In this document: positions 23,661 to 34,154 of the stretch, piece by piece
Position numbering within the stretch: position 1 is the first letter of the stretch
How the letters are laid out: the number at the start of each line of letters is the position of its first letter
DNA from: Prorocentrum cordatum
Lineage: Eukaryota
Reading direction: 5' to 3'
NCBI GenBank assembly: GCA_963575745.1
Contig: CAUYUJ010000275.1
Location: 62,001 to 116,002 of the forward strand
DNA length: 54,002 bases
Position numbers and translations under genes: made by a program
Notes under the pieces: generated by a model
Told to the model about the DNA's origin: nothing
Seen by the model: only the letters and a program-made list of their open reading frames with translations
The model's database searches: none

Positions 23661-24649
23661 ACAGCCTCGACGCCGCTTCCGTGGATCGGAGATCGGCGTC
23701 GCGCTTGTTCGCCGCGGATTTGACGGCGGCATCATGTGATTGAAGCGCGGTTGTGGTGGACTCGCCGGCAACATAATTGTCCCCGCGGCAGCTCAGTCAT
23801 GCCTCTCGCACTCCGGGGCCCAGGTGCAACTCCGCTTGTTCTCCCCCTTCGACCTCCCCCTCTAGCTCGGCGCAATCGACTCAGGAGGCGCCGCGCAAGT
23901 AGTGGTGGCATTGCGCGTGGATGTGCTGGCGCCGGTGACGCGTCTCCAGCAGCGTCGACCACCTGCTGGCTGTCGGCGCTCTCCAGCCCCCGTAGCTCGC
24001 GGGCCAGATCCTCCGCGCCCTCGACTTCCTGCCGCGCTGCCATCATCACCTGCTGGGTGTGGCCAGAGAAGTGGCAGCCGGCTTCTTCGGGCATCGCCGA
24101 GAGGGCCGACGGTGAACCGCCCTCGGCGGCGCTGGCGGCGTCCTCGGGAACGTCGAGGACGCGGACATCGGCCGCCCCGTCGCGGTCGCGCCCGGCGTCG
24201 TCTGCCAACTGCTGTTCGCCACCCAGGACCGACTGGATGATGCGCTGCTCGCCGACGAAGCCGTGGGCGTCGAAGTTGACGCCGTCCAGGTGCAGCTGGT
24301 GGACGTCGCTCGGGTTTCGAAGGAGCCGCCAGATGGCCCGAATGCGGGCGCAGCCTGGCTGGTCGCCCGCAAATCTCTGCCCGCGTGGCCGGACGTCAGG
24401 CAGCTGAAAGCATCTGCGGGAAAGACGGCGCAACGCGTCGAGGACATCAAGTCGTTGCCGAGTCTGCTCAGTCAGCAGCTTGCCCTGCTCGCCCTCCCCG
24501 GGGCCGAAAATCCTGGCTCTTGCGCCTGGCGCGATGTGCTCTACGAAATACTCCGCGCGATCCCAGGCCAGGCCTGCTCGCGCCATGCCGGTGCCCGCGT
24601 CGTCGAAGACGGCGCCAACAAGGGTCCGTGCGCCCTGCAGTCTGCAGGC

Positions 24650-25586
24650 CGTCTCGGCGCTGCGGTACTTGCCCGCAACCTCGCCTCTGGCCGGGTCCAG
24701 AGAAACGACAATATCAAGACCTGGCCCGCCTGGCGCGTCCCTTGTGCTATGAGGCCAGTGAACCTCCACCTGGTCACCCGCGTTGAAGCGTCCCTCCCCA
24801 GTCTCTGTGGCGCGCGTCCGCAGGGCGCGGATGGCGCGGGCGATCGGCGCGGCCTCGATCGTGCGCTGCAGGGCGGTATCACGAATGCGCCGCTGCACTT
24901 GGCTGGGTTACACCTCGCAGCCAGCAGCGGGGCTGGCTCGGGCGAAGTGGTCGCCCTCGCCCTCCTCGTCTGCTTCGAGCGGCGGCAGCGTGGAGGGCTG
25001 CGTGCCAAAGACGACATTGCACGGCGTGGCGCCGCCCACGTGCGCGGGCGAGACTGTTGCCGGCGAAGATGGCATGGACCAGCATGGAGTCGAAGTTGGC
25101 GGCAATGCTTTCGCGTTCCAGCTGCTCCTCGGCGTCGCGCAGCGCGTGTCGTAGCATTGCGCTGCGTCGCCCTATGAAACGAGCGTGTTGGCGCGGAGCG
25201 CGCCGTCCACGATGAAGGTTTCCATTGATCCGAGTAGCTGGGTCCAGATCCTGACTGCTGCCAGCAGCGTTGAGTCGCATCTGTCCGTCATCTCCTGGCC
25301 GTTGCGCCACCGTGAGGCGCAGCAGAAAAAGTGCAGTACTTATCATGCGATCCTTGTAGTAAAGGATGTCGCATTCAACGTGAAGGTTCAAACGCGTCAG
25401 AAGGCGTAGCGTGGGAGTGGTCTGGTGCGCTGGTGGAAGCCGCTTACGACATTTCCAACAGTTTTTGGCTACAGTGGGGATGCGGTCGAGGATGGACTGC
25501 GGCATGTTGGCTGAACGCAGTGTTCGAGCCATCTCCTCCTTAGTGGCGTGCCCCCATCGGAGATGTAACTTGCGTAGCTCTCGCAT
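24650..25586 (-). pseudogene. Copia integrase (Zn-binding domain, DDE core, C-terminal domain), frameshifted
   Basis: LRKLHLRWGHA...CWKC; LNLHVECDILYYKD; RIRDTALQ...ARAIRALRTR...FNAGDQVEVH. Confidence 0.85.
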
Positions 25587-27647
25587 GCGTGTCTCGTGCG
25601 AGTCGCCACGCAGCTGTCAAACCGAATCCAGTCTGCAAGCGCTGGGTTGCCTACAGCGGCGTCGGCCGCTCGTGGCGCTGCCCGTCTCGGCGCTGTGCCG
25701 GCTGCTGGACTGGCCCGTAGTCGTGTAGTCGTGGGCCAGCAACACAACTGCCCGATCCACTACCGCTACCCTGAGCCGCAGCGCTGGAGGATGACTGGCT
25801 CCTGGCGAACTGACTGGTGCTGGTGGTAGTGCTGCCTTGCCTGCTGCTCCGAGGTCGGCTCCTCCAGGTAGTTGGGCCTGTTGGTCGCTGGTTGGGCGTG
25901 GTCCTAGAGGTCGTGCTGGTGTTCGTGGATGTTGGACGGTACGTGGACGTGGCTGTACATGGGGATCCGCGAGCTTGCACTTGCTGAACTCGTGGGCGTG
26001 TGATGGGCGGTCGCGTTCCTTCTCCTTGCGGCAGCCTGGGCGTTCCCCGTGTATGGGGGCACTGTGAGGATAGCGGCGAGTGGCCGGATCTCGGGAGCGC
26101 ATAAGCGAAAATGATCGCATGTTGCGTCGGCGCGCCATGCATGTGCAGCGTGCGCGCTCGGCTGTTATGGCGCTCCTGATTTCGCCCTCTGTGGCCCCTG
26201 CCCCTGAGGCCACTGCTGGAAAGGCTGCCGTCTCGACACCGCATTCGCGAACATAGTTCGCCATTTGCGGGCGTCTCAGGCGTCGGCGTAGGTCCACGGC
26301 TGGAGTCCACGATGCCGTGGACAAGCCGTTCGGACATCTTCCATGGCCAGACTTGGGCGTCGAAGCTGTCGTTGGTGCACTTGAGGTTTACGAACTGCTC
26401 TAGGATCTCCAGGGCGTTGGAGACGAGGCCTGTGATCTTTCGTAGAGTACCCCCGTGACGATCTCGTACGTGAAGGTGCCCTCACACCAGCAGAGCTTGT
26501 ACTCCAGCGCACCGCTTCGCGGTCGGTCGTATTCAGCCCTCGAGAGAGGCAAGGAAGAGGAGGAGGAGGAAGAGGAGGAGGAAGAGGAGGAGGGGGAGGA
26601 CTGCGAGGGCCTCCTCCGCTCCAACACATCCCCCGCTCGTCCTCCCGGATCTGCCCCCAAGAGGAGGCCAGACTGGCGGCGAAAAACAAGGGGCGCCTCG
26701 TCGTCCCCGGCGCCCTCCCCGGTGAGGTTGTCGCCGCTGGCGGGGATTTTTTCTTGTCTGGCCAGGGAGCGACGCCTCCGACGCCCCCCCGGGTCGGAGA
26801 CGTGTCTCCGACGCCTCAACCGCCTCCGACGCCTTCGGAGTCGGGGGCGCGCCGGGGAAAGCTGGGCGCACGCAGAGCGTGTTCGGGCGTGTTCGGGCAG
26901 CTTGAGCGCGCTGCTCTATTCTCTATCGCTCGTTGCCTCCCTCCTCCCAGGGGTGGTGGGGCTCTTGGGAGCCTTTCCTCCCATCCCTGGTCGTCCAGCG
27001 GCGGCTGGGGCTGGGCCGGGCAAGGGCTCTCGGCGCAGCTGTTTCCCATCAAAGAGGGGCCGTGCCCGCGGACCCGCTTGTGATTTGGAAGGGCCCGATC
27101 AACCAGGGCCCAATCACCGCCGAGAGAAGCGGGGGGAACCAAAACTAAAGACCTCTAGCGGTTACAGGGGCAGCTTACGAGCGGGTGCCCGCGCGGTCGA
27201 GCGCCTTCTGATGCGTCGTTGACCTAGCCCGTACGTGAGAGCTTCGACACTCTTGCATCGAACCGGAAGAACAATACGAGGCCAAGTCAAGCTAGATCTG
27301 CCACAGGATGCCCTGTGAACCCTGGGATGCCCTTGGACCCCTCGGAGTCCTCGGAGGCTCCGAGCTCTCGTCTTCCTCCTCCCTTCCCCTCGCCTCCTTC
27401 TCCATTCTCGTCCCGTCCCGCCTCGTTATCCTTCCCTCCTTTGCGTATGGGGGGAGGCTCACCAAGCAGCCAGCGGCATCGTGACTCTCGATCTGGCGTG
27501 GCACCGCTCGACTACACGAGCGGCACAGCGACGTGTGCAGCGCAGGCCGGGAACGTGATAGCACAGGAGGCCGTGCTGCCTTGCGAAGACTGCATCGAAC
27601 GGACACACGTGCGGAAAGTGGCCCTGGGCAGATGTGAGACGACGGGG

Positions 27648-28520
27648 GAAGAGGAGGAGGAGGAGGAGGAGGAGGAGGAGGAGGAGGAAGAGGGAGGGAG
27701 AGAGGAGGATGAGGAGGATGATGATGAGGAGGAGGAGGAGAAGCGGGAAGAGGGAGAAGGACCCAAATCTCTGACGATCTGGCTTTTCCAACCGTTTTTT
27801 GTCCCTCGACTGCGGTGTTCTCGGGGGCCCGGTTTGGGGGCCCCGGGGCCATCGCAGGTGGGCCTGGGCCGGAAAGCAGGCCCCGGGAAGGGGTCGGGAC
27901 TTCTCAGGGCCGCGCATTGCACACGTCACATCATCGGACGTGTGTTGAGGTCGAAGTCGTGGGCGGGGTCCCGCCTGTGCTCTACGCCGAACTCGGCAAG
28001 GTTGCCGAAGAAGACGGCGCCTATCTCCTTGCCGCCCTGCAGCAGAAGCTTCACAAGGGAGAGAAACGGGGGAAGGGGAAGGCAAGGGAGGGAGGCAGGA
28101 GAGGAAGGGGAAGAGGAAGGGGAACGAGATGTGGAAGGGGGTGTGGCGGTGGAAGGAAAGGGGGGGATCGGGAAGGTGTGTGTGTGTGTGCGTGTGCGTG
28201 TGTGGAAGATGGATGTTCCGGTCGGGGGAGGGGAGGGGGAGAAGGGAGGCGTGGTGGAGGACAGGGAGTGAAGTGAAGAGAAGGAGTCTGGGGAACGGAT
28301 CGGGAAGAAAAGGGGGAGAGAAAACTGAAGGAGAAGGAAAAGGGAGGGAAGGGAGGGGCGGGTGGAATAGGGGAGGGAAAGGGAGGGGGTGTTGGAATCT
28401 TGGAATGGGGGGATGGGAGAGGGAGGAAAGGGGATGAGAAGGGAGGCAGACGGAAGGGAAGGGGGGGAGAACATGAGGGGATGAGAGGAGAGAGACGAGA
28501 GGAAAGGGGAGGCGGAGGTC
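27648..28520. repeat. GAG/GGA purine-rich low-complexity tracts with a (GT)n run
   Basis: (GAG)n at 27651-27740, GA-rich 28060-28520, (TG)n ~28177-28204; a unique island lies at ~27760-28055. Confidence 0.8.
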
Positions 28521-29207
28521 AGAGGAATAGGGCATGGGACCTGTCGTGAAGTACCACACTCGGTTTCCGAGAAGAAGCAACCGCCGTCGACGAAGCATCC
28601 ATCGAGGTAGCGGCTTATCTGGCACCGAGAAGCTGATGGCAAGAAATGGCATATTGGGTTTCTTACGCTTCCTGTGATAATAGAGCAGTAGGACGGGGAT
28701 GCGCGATGAGGCCAGCATCTACGGCTCAGGCGTAGATTGGGCTAGTGCATCGGCGAAGGGCCAGCGATGCGACAGCCATCTCTGGCGATCTACCAGACAA
28801 GCCCATGCATCGTCGGTCGAGAATAGGGGCGACACGTCGGCGATCGAAAGGCAATATTACTCACTCCGCCTAGTCTCAGAACGCTCCATACGTCGCCTCT
28901 TGCGCCTCCTCCTCCTCACCACCATGATCGTCCCCACTTCTCCCTCCACCCGCCCTCCCTCGTCTTCCCCTCCCTTCTTCTCCTCCCCCAGAAGAAACAA
29001 GCCACATGAGCATAAATGATCGATGGTCAGCACGGATTTCTTGGATCTGCTCTGGGCCATCCTTCCTGGCGCGCGGAGGTCGCCAGAGGAGCCGCGCCAA
29101 AAGGGCGGCGTCGGGGGGGGGGCCGGCGCCGAATGCGCGCAGACCCTCGACGGCTTGTGCTTGAGCCGTCTTCTCCTCTCGGCGGCGAGCGAGGGGGGGA
29201 AGTGAGA

Positions 29208-29360
29208 CGGAGAAGGCCTTCTCAGAAGGCGGCGGAGCTTCTGGAAAGCCCTCCGGCCCGCTGAGAAGTCGTCTTCTGTGTCTTCGGGGAATGCTTAGAA
29301 AACTTCTCGAAAGGCCGGGGGGCTTCCGAGCCTTCTGAGAAGGCCCGCCCCTTCTCACTT
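29208..29360. repeat. AGAAGGC/GCCTTCT palindrome-rich repeat family; also at ~29655-29760, 34660-34790 and 36390-36510
   Basis: Recurring AGAAGG..CCTTCT words, e.g. AGAAGGCCTTCT at 29211-29222; cttccgagccttctga is shared by ~29323 and ~34687. Confidence 0.7.
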
Positions 29361-29529
29361 CCCCCCGTCGCTCGCTGCCGATCCTCCGTCCCTCCCTGCG
29401 ATGTCATGCTGCGCTCTGCAACTCTGTACCGCGCCGTGCTATGCCATGCTAGAACTGCTGTACATCACGCGCCCTTTCGGGATCACTGCCCTTTTCAACA
29501 TCCGCCTGTGCGAATGGAGAGGGGCTCTG

Positions 29530-29590
29530 CGCAATGGTACGGGCTGGGAGGGAGGGGTAGGACGTCGGGTAGCACGCGAGCGCACCTTTT
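29530..29590 (+). repeat. Dispersed repeat, homologous to ~41825-41882
   Basis: GGGAGGGAGGGGTAGGACGTC...ACGCGAGCGCACCT in both, each preceded by (ATGCT/ATGCC)-like pentamers. Confidence 0.75.
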
Positions 29591-31159
29591 TTGACCCTCC
29601 CCGTATCTCCTCCCTGCTTCCTCTTGCGGCGCGCCATAGGGTACGGGGAGGGGGGAAGGCTTCTTAGAAGCACCCTGCTTCTCATAAGGCCCCGGCTTTA
29701 CATCTATAGATAAGGCCAGCGCCTTCTGAGAAGCAGGGGTGCTTCTAAGAAGCCTTCCCCCCTGCCCCCACCCCGCTATTGCGCGTGGCCGATTCCTGCT
29801 GCCCGCTCCGCCCAGGTCGCTTCCAGGTCGCCGGCGGCCCCGCCCCCCGAACCCAGAGTGCCCCCAGCAGACGGGTGGAGGCGGCCACGGGCTCCCGAGC
29901 CACCTGGCAGCGGCGCTGGCGTGCCGCGTGCGTCGTGGTGGCGCTGCAGAGCCTGCACCGCGCATCGGGGACGCACTGGCCTGGGTCAGTCCAGGCCTGG
30001 GTCAGTCGGGCTCTGCAGGGTCCTGCACCATCCCCCAGGACCCTGCGCCCAAGACCGGGTCGGTGCAGCCCTGGCTCTGCAGGATCCTGCGAGATCCGGC
30101 GCTCTGACGCACCCCCGTTTGCATCGATCCCCGTCTCTTGAGGCCCGAGCGGATGCCGCCGCTGCGCCTCCCGCGCTGCCGAGCGCCCGCTCTGCCGCGA
30201 TCTCTGTGCCGAGGACAGCCCTGGGCCGAGGCAGCGGCCGCGGGACGGGCGCGGCGGCCGCGGATTCGCGCCCTGCGGCCGGGCCTCTCGGGCGAGCGCC
30301 GTGGGGGTGCAGACTGCGGAGCTCGCCTACACGCGAGAGTGACCCTGGGTGAGAGTGACCTTTGGTGCGCGGCTCTTTGGGGGGCTGTGGGGGAACCAAT
30401 CACACGACGGCAAGACGCTACTGCCGCATCGCGTTCGGCGATCGGCGGACCCCATTAGGCCCGCGCCAAAAGTCACTCCGGCGAAATGTCACTCTTACGC
30501 GTAGTCGAGGAGCGAGGGCGAAAGGAGCGAGAAGGGCCAGGTCCGTGAGGCTCTCGGAGCCCAGCCTCGAGGCGTGGCCGGCTGCAGATGGGAAGCGCTG
30601 CGGCCAGACCCAGGACATAACAGCATCCTTCAATAACGTGAGACCCTCCGCCGGCCAAACTGAAGAACATTCAAGGGTACCATCCCCCAGGATGCACAGG
30701 GACATCCAACAAACACGAAGAACCCTCCCAAAACCGACCGCGATCTTAGACCTCGGTCCGAACTCAGAGCAGCAGGGCTTCTGCTGAGAGGTACGAAGTT
30801 ACCCTGATCGATCGCCGACGCCTGCGTCAGCTTGGCACTTTGACCTCCTGATCAGTCAAAGAGGTGACAGAACCCTCAAGCTCAGAATCCGAAAAGCGAG
30901 ACAGGAACGGGTTCACTGCTGGCAGGGGTCTTGGGAAATTCGGTGAGCGCCTGGTGATCGGGTTCAGTAGCCCACGCCCCATGGCCATGGTCCGGCGTGC
31001 TAGGGTAGGGGCCTCCTCCCTCTCTCCCTTCCCCTCCAAATCCCCCCAGCCATCTGAGCGTAGGTGGTTTGGCAAGTTCGTTCCTCCAATCCCTTTCATA
31101 CTGTTCGGGGAAGGGTTTGGCCCTCCACCTTCCCCACGCGGAAGACTTCCCCGTGCGCG

Positions 31160-31550
31160 GCTTGGGGGCTTCTTGGAGGGCTCTTTGAGGCCTCTTGGGT
31201 GCCCTTCGGAGGCCTCTGGGACCTCTGCGGTCCTCTTGGGGTCGCTTTGGCATCAAGCACGCCGGACTCTGTTGGCCTCTTCGAGGCTTGAGATGGCATA
31301 CGGTGCCCTGCCTCTGGGGCCGTCTTGGGGCTCTCTTGAGGCCATCTTGAGGCATCGGGAGCCCTTCGGGCGCGCGAAACAGCGAGATGACACACTTTTG
31401 TCATGTACGGCTGCTGGAAAAATGTGGCCTCTTGGGGCCATCTTGAGACGACCTGGAGGTTGCCTTGGCGTAGTTATCTTGTCGGATCGTTTCTGGTCTC
31501 GGCTTGCCTCGTCTTGTCTTATCTGGTCGCCTTGGGGGCCTCTTGTGGAA
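31160..31550 (-). repeat. Diverged CCAAG-family repeat (reverse)
   Basis: TCTTGG/GGCC motifs. Confidence 0.7.
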
Positions 31551-31648
31551 GGGCACGACCGTCCCACGGCCGCTGGTCGACTGGAGGGGTTGGCCCGTCT
31601 CCTTAGGGAAGTCCCTCCCCTGGGGTCTGGACGCTCGGCCCACAAGGT

Positions 31649-31806
31649 TTAGGTCAGGCCTGTCCCCCTACAGGGAGATGTTGAACGAACGAATCAACAT
31701 ATACCATACATCATGGTCAAACAATTAAAAAAATAAAAAAAGGTCCCCACGCTATTTGTTGACCATTTTTCAATTTTCCTGCTGTAGAGGGACAGGCCCG
31801 GCTTAA
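31649..31806. mobile_element. MITE (158 bp) with 8-bp target-site duplication CACAAGGT
   Basis: CACAAGGT at 31641-31648 and 31807-31814; TIR core GGCCTGTCCCCCTACAG (31657-31673) vs CTGTAGAGGGACAGGCC (31782-31798), 16/17; AT-rich interior. Confidence 0.85.
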
Positions 31807-31829
31807 CACAAGGTGTCAGAGGGAACCTC

Positions 31830-32600
31830 TTGGCCCAAGATGGCTCAACGCAAACATGCTCCCAAGAGGCGCAAGCACCACCCTAAGACGGCTCCAAGTG
31901 GACACGGATCCTCCCAAGGACGCTCCCGAGAAGCTAAACTCATTCCAAGCAAGCACATCTAGAATGTTCCCAGGGATTTCTCCATCTCGGCGTTTCGTTG
32001 CCGGTGGCCCTCTGAGGCCTCAAGGCGGATTCAATATCGCCACAGAAGACCCACAAGAAAAGCTTCCATGCGGGGGCCCTAGGAAGGCACAACGATCGAA
32101 TGTACTTGATGGATGTTGGCACCTCGGGGGCATCCCTGAACGGCTTGTGGACCAGTGTAGTTCCAAGATGGATCCAGATGCCCTGAAATGGCCCCCAAGC
32201 TGACACAATATTGTCCAAGTTGGGTCACATGGGTATCCAGCATGCCTCCAGAAGGTCCCAAGACGGCCCCAAGTGGCCTCGGAGCCTCCTGAGGACGCTC
32301 CCGAGAGGCTCAAATCAGTCAATCACGTCGCTTCCGATGGGTCTCTGAGGCCCAAAGATCGGTCCACGATCGCACAAGAGAGCTCCAAAGAGGGGCCAGA
32401 AGAGGTCCAAGACGGCCCCAAGAGTGCCCAAGATCGCCCCAAGACCGTTCCAAGATGGCTCCAACATGTGACTTTCTGGCACGGACGGGGCACGGCTAAC
32501 TGCTCTCCCTTCTGTGATCGACTGCCTCCACGTCCGAAGGCCTCCAACATTGCACCAAGAGGACTAGCTCTGATAGACCTCCAAAAGGCTCCCAACGCGA
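31830..32600 (+). repeat. Diverged CCAAG-family repeat (forward)
   Basis: CCAAGA/GGCCC motifs. Confidence 0.7.
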
Positions 32601-34099
32601 TAGATTCGTGCAGGCCTTTGTCGCTGGCTCTCGTCGTCGTCATCGTCGTCGTCGCCGCCCGTTCATCCCCCATCCCCGCGGCTTTATCCGCCCACCTCCC
32701 TCCTCATCCTCCTTGACAGCGTCAAGAATACGGCGGCCCTCTGCAGACCCTGTGCCGGGAGTGGACTTCATCGAATTGCTCAGGCCCCCAAGAGGCGTCC
32801 AGGAGGGCCCCAAGACGTCCCAATATGCGCTAGCATGCCAATTCATGCTCGTCGTCTTTGTCCTCCTCCTCCTCCTCCTCCTCCTCCTCCTCCTCCTCCT
32901 CCATGGTCACGAGACTTGCGGGCCAATTTCCCGAAGGGTGAACCGCCTTGGCACCTGCTCTGCGGGCTCCACTTGGAGGGCGGCGGCAGAGGCAGTCATG
33001 AAACACATCGGTATCATGTAGCAGCGGCAGGGTGATACATTCCAAGCCATCAGTGCGACCTGCATCCGCCCGACGGATCACTGCACCGGCCTTGCTGCAG
33101 CGGATTGCCGCATGGATTCTGTCAATACAAAACCCCGAAATGGCGGGCGAAAAACGAAGTGAATTTCACGTGGATGGTTTGTAGTCTTTCTTTATGGCAA
33201 CGAAAATCCGCACGAAATCCACTTCGAGATCCGGGACGAACATCTGCAGGAGAATTCTGGCCCATCACATTGTTTTCCGAGCGACATCCGCTCTGCGGTA
33301 CTGGCGCCATGAGACGGAGGAGGGGGGGCGTGCCAAAAAAGTGGCAGCGCACCCAGTGGGCGCCCGCCGTCCTGGCCCAGGGCCGCAAGCGGACGCGATC
33401 AAGACCCACGGAGCTGACGCAGGGGGTCGGGCAGCCAAGGGCGCAGGCGGGGCACCGTGCCCGGCGCAGTTGGTCAAGGGGGGGCGGCCAAGAGCAGGGG
33501 CGTCATGACATTGATCCGTCGGCCGGAAGAAGTAGAAAAAACATGAGCTCGGAAGGTGGACAACGTAGATCGGATGAGGTAAATACCTGAGGTCGATTGG
33601 GTTCAGACCCTCCCATAGAACAACAACACACAGCAAAACCATATCGATTCTTGCAGCAGGAAGGCGCTAGAAGTAGATTCTGGGATCTGGGAATCTCAAA
33701 AATACCTACTTTCAACGACTGGCGTGTGCGCTCACACGCATTCTTGGTCGCGGCGGTGGCGGCTCGCGCGGCACGGTCGGAGCCTCCTGCGCCGCGGGGC
33801 CGCTGCAGCGGGCGAACTGCGGGCGAGAAGCGAAGGGGGGGACAGGAGGGCGGCCGCGGATCCACGCTGGCTGACATAGAACTATCACTAGGCACCAGCA
33901 GGGCAGCGCAAGAGGGAGCTGTCTTGCGCACGCTGGCAGAATGCAACGCTATGCTGGGTCATGCATGCTCCGCCCACCGGATGGGCCTCCCTCTCAAGAT
34001 GTCTTTCCCCGCAACGCAGCGCAACCCACACCCTGAGCATCGCGGTGCGTACGAGGAAGGCCCGGGCAGCCAGGTACGACAGACTGAGCGCCACGCGTG

Positions 34100-34101
<2 letters not shown>

Positions 34102-34153
<52 letters not shown>
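34102..34153. repeat. (GCA)n microsatellite
   Basis: About 17 perfect units. Confidence 0.95.

Positions 34154-34154
<1 letters not shown>

Larger units (their letters stand above)
22030..26540 (-). mobile_element. Decayed Ty1/copia LTR-retrotransposon internal region (IN-RT-RNase H order); LTRs not identified
   Basis: Minus-strand fragments in copia order: Cys/His motif PGCRK...H...CK (~25975-26040); integrase H-x4-H-x29-C-x2-C; core VECDILY and QHARFI(G)RR; RT start AILEELTIWVK (~23615-23645); KHVDDLK (23061-23081); RNase H SDGSF, SSFGPELLAA and RADPMT. Many stops and frameshifts. Boundaries approximate. Confidence 0.88.

Noticed and set aside
21687..25177. Plus-strand ORFs of 200-450 aa
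   Set aside because: Antisense shadows of the minus-strand copia pol relic.
21600..27300. LTR pair flanking the copia relic
   Set aside because: No direct repeat found by eye; the flanks are microsatellites and unrelated sequence.
33098..33293. MITE bounded by GCGGAT...ATCCGC
   Set aside because: The inverted match is short and gapped, with no TSD.
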